Source: Octopus bimaculoides
Lineage: Eukaryota
Length of the DNA stretch: 37,386 bases
NCBI RefSeq assembly: GCF_001194135.2
Contig: NC_068981.1
Location: 198,550,804 to 198,588,189 of the forward strand
Direction of reading: 5' to 3'
The stretch's first letter is position 1. The number at the start of each line of letters is the position of its first letter. This document shows, one piece after another, positions 33,170 to 37,386 of this stretch. Under the pieces are notes generated by a model. The model ran no database searches. It was not told the DNA's origin and was given only the letters and a program-made list of their open reading frames with translations. The position numbers and the translations under genes are program-made.

Positions 33170-33694
33170 CAGCCAAGTTTGACTCATGAGACTCTCACTT
33201 CTGTCCAGCCAAGTTTGACTCATGGGACTCTCACTTCTGTCCAGCCAAGTTTGACTCATGGGACTCTCACTTCTGTCCAGCCAAGTTTGACTCATGAGAC
33301 TTTCACTTCTGTCCAGCCAAGTTTGACTCATGGGACTCTTACTTCTGTCCAGCCAAGTTTGACTCATGAGACTCTCACTTCTGTCCAGCCAAGTTTGACT
33401 CATGAGACTCTCACTTCTGTCCAGCCAAGTTTGACTCATGGGACTCTCATNNNNNNNNNNNNNNNNNNNNNNNNNNNNNNNNNNNNNNNNNNNNNNNNNN
33501 NNNNNNNNNNNNNNNNNNNNNNNNNNNNNNNNNNNNNNNNNNNNNNNNNNNNNNNNNNNNNNNNNNNNNNNNNNNNNNNNNNNNNNNNNNNNNNNNNNNN
33601 NNNNNNNNNNNNNNNACAGCCAAGTTTGACTCATGAGACTCTCACTTCTGTCCAGCCAAGTTTGACTCATGGGACTCTCATTTCTGTCCAGCCA
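33170..33694. repeat. 36-bp minisatellite, about 10 visible units plus a 165-N gap
   Basis: Unit cagccaagtttgactcatg(a/g)gactctcacttctgtc. Confidence 0.97.
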
Positions 33695-33768
33695 TCTCTT
33701 CCCTGATTATAGTGAAGAGGAGTATGGTTCGAGGCCCAAGAACATCGGCAGTCTCAATTACTACAAGA

Positions 33769-33835
33769 TTGACCATAAACCTAGTTTGACCATAAACCTA
33801 GTTTGACCATAAACCTAGTTTGACCATAAACCTAG
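33769..33835. repeat. 17-bp tandem repeat x4
   Basis: Unit ttgaccataaacctagt; the last copy is 1 nt short. Confidence 0.95.
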
Positions 33836-33984
33836 CCAGATTGCAAAGTAGCTTCATACCAAAGTTAAGAACCAGGAGCATATTCCTCCTTTTAGTCATT
33901 TTGATGATTGCTAGAATTGCTTTTGAACTTCTAGTATGAAACTAATCAATAATTTGGCTATTATGAAACTACAAGATTATATTT

Positions 33985-34030
<46 letters not shown>

Positions 34031-34072
34031 GATGATAATAATAATAAAATAAAAATAAAAATAATAATAATA
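33985..34072. repeat. (TAC)n and (TAA)n microsatellites
   Basis: Visible. Confidence 0.9.
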
Positions 34073-34402
34073 ATTTCTTTTATTGGCCAAAAGGGCCTAT
34101 GAGGTAGGGTTTACATTGATCAAAGTTAGACATTACAACAATTAGGATAGAATGAAAGGATATGAAAATAAAATTTAGAAAAATAATTAAATAGAATCCC
34201 CAACAGCAGGGTTGTGCACCTACAGTGATGCATGTGTGTGTGTGTGTGTGTGTGTGCGTGTGTGTATGTGTGTGTGTGTGTGTGTGATTATAATTATACA
34301 AACTATGTAAAGAGACTTAAACAGTATTGTGGCACAAGTGTTTTTTTTTTTTTACCTCATCATTAAATGGTTTGCTCTCAATTTTCAATGTTTTTCTTGT
34401 AG

Positions 34403-34494
34403 TTATTCCTACATATGAACGCAAGGAAGATTTTTTTGAAATGTTTGAAAATTCTGCTGACGTCCTTCAGAACTATGATTTCAAAGTTGGCATT
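34403..34494 (+). CDS. Coding exon 2 of the TXNDC16-like gene
   Basis: Acceptor tttttcttgtAG and donor GTAAGT; phase 1 entry matches exon 1; encodes (V)IPTYERKEDFFEMFENSADVLQNYDFKVGI, compared from memory with human TXNDC16 FLEELNEAVRPLQDYGISVAK. Confidence 0.72.
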
Positions 34495-34762
34495 GTAAGT
34501 GGACTTTCTCTTGCCTTCATTAACAAACTAATTGTCATCCTACAAACGAGGAATATATTTGCCAGTTTCATTATTTTATTTTTCTTCATTGTTTGGTAAA
34601 TCAGAATTTAAATGCAACAAAACATTCTGATATCTATCACTCTCCTTCTCTCTCTTCCCATCATTAATCTTTGTTGCTGTTCTTCCCTCTCTCTTCTTCA
34701 TCTCTTCCACCCCCTCTCTCTCTGCCTCTTCTCTCCCTTCAAATCTGTCTCTCTTCAATTAA

Positions 34763-34983
34763 CCCTTTTGTTACCAAACCAGCTAAAACCGCCTCTGGCT
34801 CTGTAGTACAAATGTCTTGTTTTCATAAGTTTTGAATTAAAATCTTCCACCATACCTTAGTCACAATTTATGTTCCTAACACCAGCTTAATGATAACGAA
34901 GTTATTTTACTAAATTCTTTGTTATATTTAAAATAATTGAAAGAAACACAGAGCATCTCAAAATAAATACAATAACAAAAGGG
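34763..34983. mobile_element. Second piggyBac-type MITE, 221 bp, with different internal sequence
   Basis: TTAA at 34759-34762 and 34984-34987; perfect 11-bp TIR CCCTTTTGTTA / TAACAAAAGGG. Confidence 0.85.
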
Positions 34984-35140
34984 TTAATGCTTTCCATCAT
35001 GAAATCCCCTCAGAAAATTCTGAATCAAAGGCACAATTGTTGTATGTATCCAGGAAGTTAAAATGTTTAATATTCATACTTAAATCTCCCACACTCAAAT
35101 TGCTTCTATTCAACCTCCTTACTGACAATTCCCATGTAGC

Positions 35141-35179
<39 letters not shown>

Positions 35180-35559
35180 GTGTCTCTCTCTCTCTCTCAT
35201 TCTTTTCTCTATCATCTTTAGTGAAGGTCTTATCTTTTACTCTTTATTCTGTTAATCTACCATCCTGGTTCTTTCCCATAACTCCCTCTCTCTCTCTCAC
35301 TCACTCTCTCTCTCTCTCACTACCCCTCTCTCTCTCTCACACACACACACAATCTGAAGAGAAATAGAAAGAGAAAATCAATCTGGTTTTTAATCTTCCA
35401 TTTAATCTAGATGTTTTCATTTATGTAGCTTGGAGCTCCCTGATGCTGATTAAAAAGCATTTCCTGAGAACCCATAGATGTCATTAACTCTTTAACTCCC
35501 TTAATGTTAAAGTTAGCTACTCATGTTTAGATAATATTGTTCCTAATATGGCATACTAC

Positions 35560-35970
35560 AACAGACACACACACTCACAGCCTTCACACAACATTCCGAC
35601 CTGTAAAATCCTACAAATTGCTCATTGGAAGGATTCTGCCTCTCAAAGACTGGCTTATAGAGCTACCCACTTACCATCTGATGGCATCATAAGTCACTAC
35701 ACAGACAAAACAACCAATGACTTCAAGGAAAGATACACTCACTCCTTCAGCTGCTGGGACAGAGAAATCTGCATCTCTCTGTCTTTCTTCATTTGGGGAT
35801 TCTAGGATCAAGGAAATGGCATACTTAGCAACACATAAAGCATCACTAATAGGGACCCATCTGAACCCATAATTGACAACACTGCTTCTGTGAGAAACTG
35901 CATACAGTCCACCAACCAGCAGTATCCAACAACAGAAAAAAAGTATCTATCTTATTGTTACCATCAGAGG
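35560..35970 (+). pseudogene. Heavily decayed GIY-YIG endonuclease of a second PLE lineage (Naiad-like)
   Basis: Across frameshifts: C-K-N-P-T-N-C-S-L-E-G-F-C-L, AYRA, Y...T.NDFKERY..THSF, LSFFIWGF*DQG, CFCEKL, SYCYHQR; matches a remembered pattern C.C....CPL.G.CL...Y.A...Y.G.T...FK.R..H..SF...LS..IW...C..C..EK...C.H. Confidence 0.55.
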
Positions 35971-36490
35971 TACTTATGAACTTCAAGTACCTCTGATGAT
36001 ACCTCAGGTACTTATGAACTTCAAGCCTATGTCTATAGATACCCCAAAATGTGTTATATAAGGCCTAGCTGAGCCCCACACAGTAGCAGATATACATTCC
36101 CTGCTGTCCATAGAGATTACAGTCTGTCCATCTTGGAACTCATTTGTTGATTGACATCTTCAACTAATAACTGTGGTCTCTAAAATCAATCTGCAACATG
36201 AAGGCGAATTGACTGATTGATGCTAACATCTTGTCGGAGTGGCCATGTGTGCTGTTCAATAGGAAAAGCTGATGTCATTGAATGTATTTTACCAGAACAT
36301 TGATTAAGCGGTACCAAAACCTTGTGGATTTAACAATAAAATAGCTGATGTTCCACACATTTCTACGATTCTTATTATTTATCATGTTCAAAATTAAAAT
36401 ATTTCTCCTGTTATTACTATTTAAAACTTTTGATGTTTCACTTTCTTCTAATTTCAATTAACTGAAATTATTTCTTATTCAACTTCCAAG

Positions 36491-36547
36491 ATTGATTGTT
36501 CCACCGTCAAAGACAATGAGTGCAATGAACCAAAAGTGAACTCAAAG
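36491..36547 (+). CDS. Coding exon 3 of the TXNDC16-like gene (gene continues beyond the window)
   Basis: Acceptor ttcttattcaacttccaAG and donor AAG|GTATTT; 57 nt, phase 0/0; encodes IDCSTVKDNECNEPKVNSK, compared from memory with human VNCVKEEISRYCGKEKDLMK. Confidence 0.7.
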
Positions 36548-36840
36548 GTATTTTTATACAAGTTAGTATTCCTTGTTAATATGTAATCCAACTATTTGAC
36601 TGGATTTTGGGTCTATGACAATCTTGTGTCTATATATATACCATAAGAAATAATTTTTGTCTCTTTTTATGGAAACAAAAAGTGTTTATAGGACAGCAAA
36701 AAAGAAGTGCTCAAATGTATTTGAGACAGAGATAAAGAAACATTGATCATAGACCAAGCATCAAATTCAAGTCAACGACTTTATATATAACACTCATATC
36801 TCCAAACATTTGTTTTTGGTTTTGTTTGAATTTCTTGTTC

Positions 36841-36926
36841 ATCCTGATGAGGGGGTTATTGCAGAGATGCACTTTAACCTGTAATCAAACCACAGCAATT
36901 GAACTCCCGAAATGGTCACAGGTATG
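36841..36926 (+). ncRNA. Hammerhead-like motif with extended stem II (degenerate)
   Basis: CUGAUGA at 36844-36850; stem GGGGGUU/AACUCCC plus AUUGC/GCAAU; GAAA at 36909-36912, then UGGUC; stem I pairs poorly. Confidence 0.5.
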
Positions 36927-37316
36927 TTTGATTTAGTGGGACTCTTTTTGCTCCTGGACTCTAATTATCATGGTTTTATGAATTGAACTTCTTGGACGTA
37001 CTCTTTTCAGTGAGGGGAGTAAAAAAATTTTTTAGTTGATTCATATTTTATTTTATTTTAGTTTATTTAGATTTTTAGTCACATGACATGCTTTAGAATT
37101 TTTAGGCGATTGTATTTACCGTTTTGATAGGCTGTTCTATATATTTGTATTTTTATTCACATATATATTTTTACCTTCTGTGTTTTTATGTATGTGTATA
37201 TTTTTATATGTTTAAGAACCATGGTGATATTTATATATGATCAAATGTCGGGAGGTATAGGGCTATATATAAAGTCGTTGACTCACATTTGATGTTTTTT
37301 TCTATGCTCACTATTT

Positions 37317-37317
<1 letters not shown>

Positions 37318-37386
<69 letters not shown>
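37318..37386. repeat. (TA)n followed by (CAT)n
   Basis: Visible; runs to the window end. Confidence 0.9.

Noticed and set aside
33083-33706. Repeat-protein ORFs or a CRISPR-like array in the 36-bp repeat
   Set aside because: There are no spacers and the context is a eukaryotic intron; the open frames follow from a unit length divisible by 3, with no start, splice or homology support.
35976-35997. SECIS-like AUGA...AA...UGAU after the Naiad-like fossil
   Set aside because: The spacing is far too short for the 11-14-bp helix II of a SECIS.
36690-36740. Candidate exon 4 after gtgtttatAG
   Set aside because: Stop codon within 11 codons in the required phase 0, and no resemblance to the expected continuation.

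Overview
AT-rich, repeat-dense animal genomic DNA with five N gaps. The SINE/RTE repeat types and microsatellite load suggest Octopus or another coleoid cephalopod (inference, not searched). Two genes are supported. (1) A complete, intronless ABCE1/RLI1 ORF (6568-8394, +), followed by ATTAAA and an A11 run as in a retrocopy; it carries E at the normally conserved Gly of VRMGKLC. (2) The 5' part of a spliced gene missed by the ORF track: three phase-compatible exons (25050-25200, 34403-34494, 36491-36547, +) encoding a signal peptide and a thioredoxin-like segment resembling TXNDC16/ERp90. The rest is mostly decayed transposons: RTE LINEs and their 3' ends, tRNA-derived SINEs, CR1, an R4/Dong-like fragment, Tc1/mariner (probably DD37D), TTAA-flanked piggyBac-type MITEs and Penelope-like elements (PLEs), plus micro- and minisatellites. 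The most unusual structure is a module of tRNA-like Pol III head + (AAT)n spacer + minimal hammerhead ribozyme. It occurs once as the 3' terminal repeat of an RT/GIY-YIG PLE and once as a solo copy. A third, different hammerhead-like core lies near the window end. All alignments were made by eye and no database search was run.
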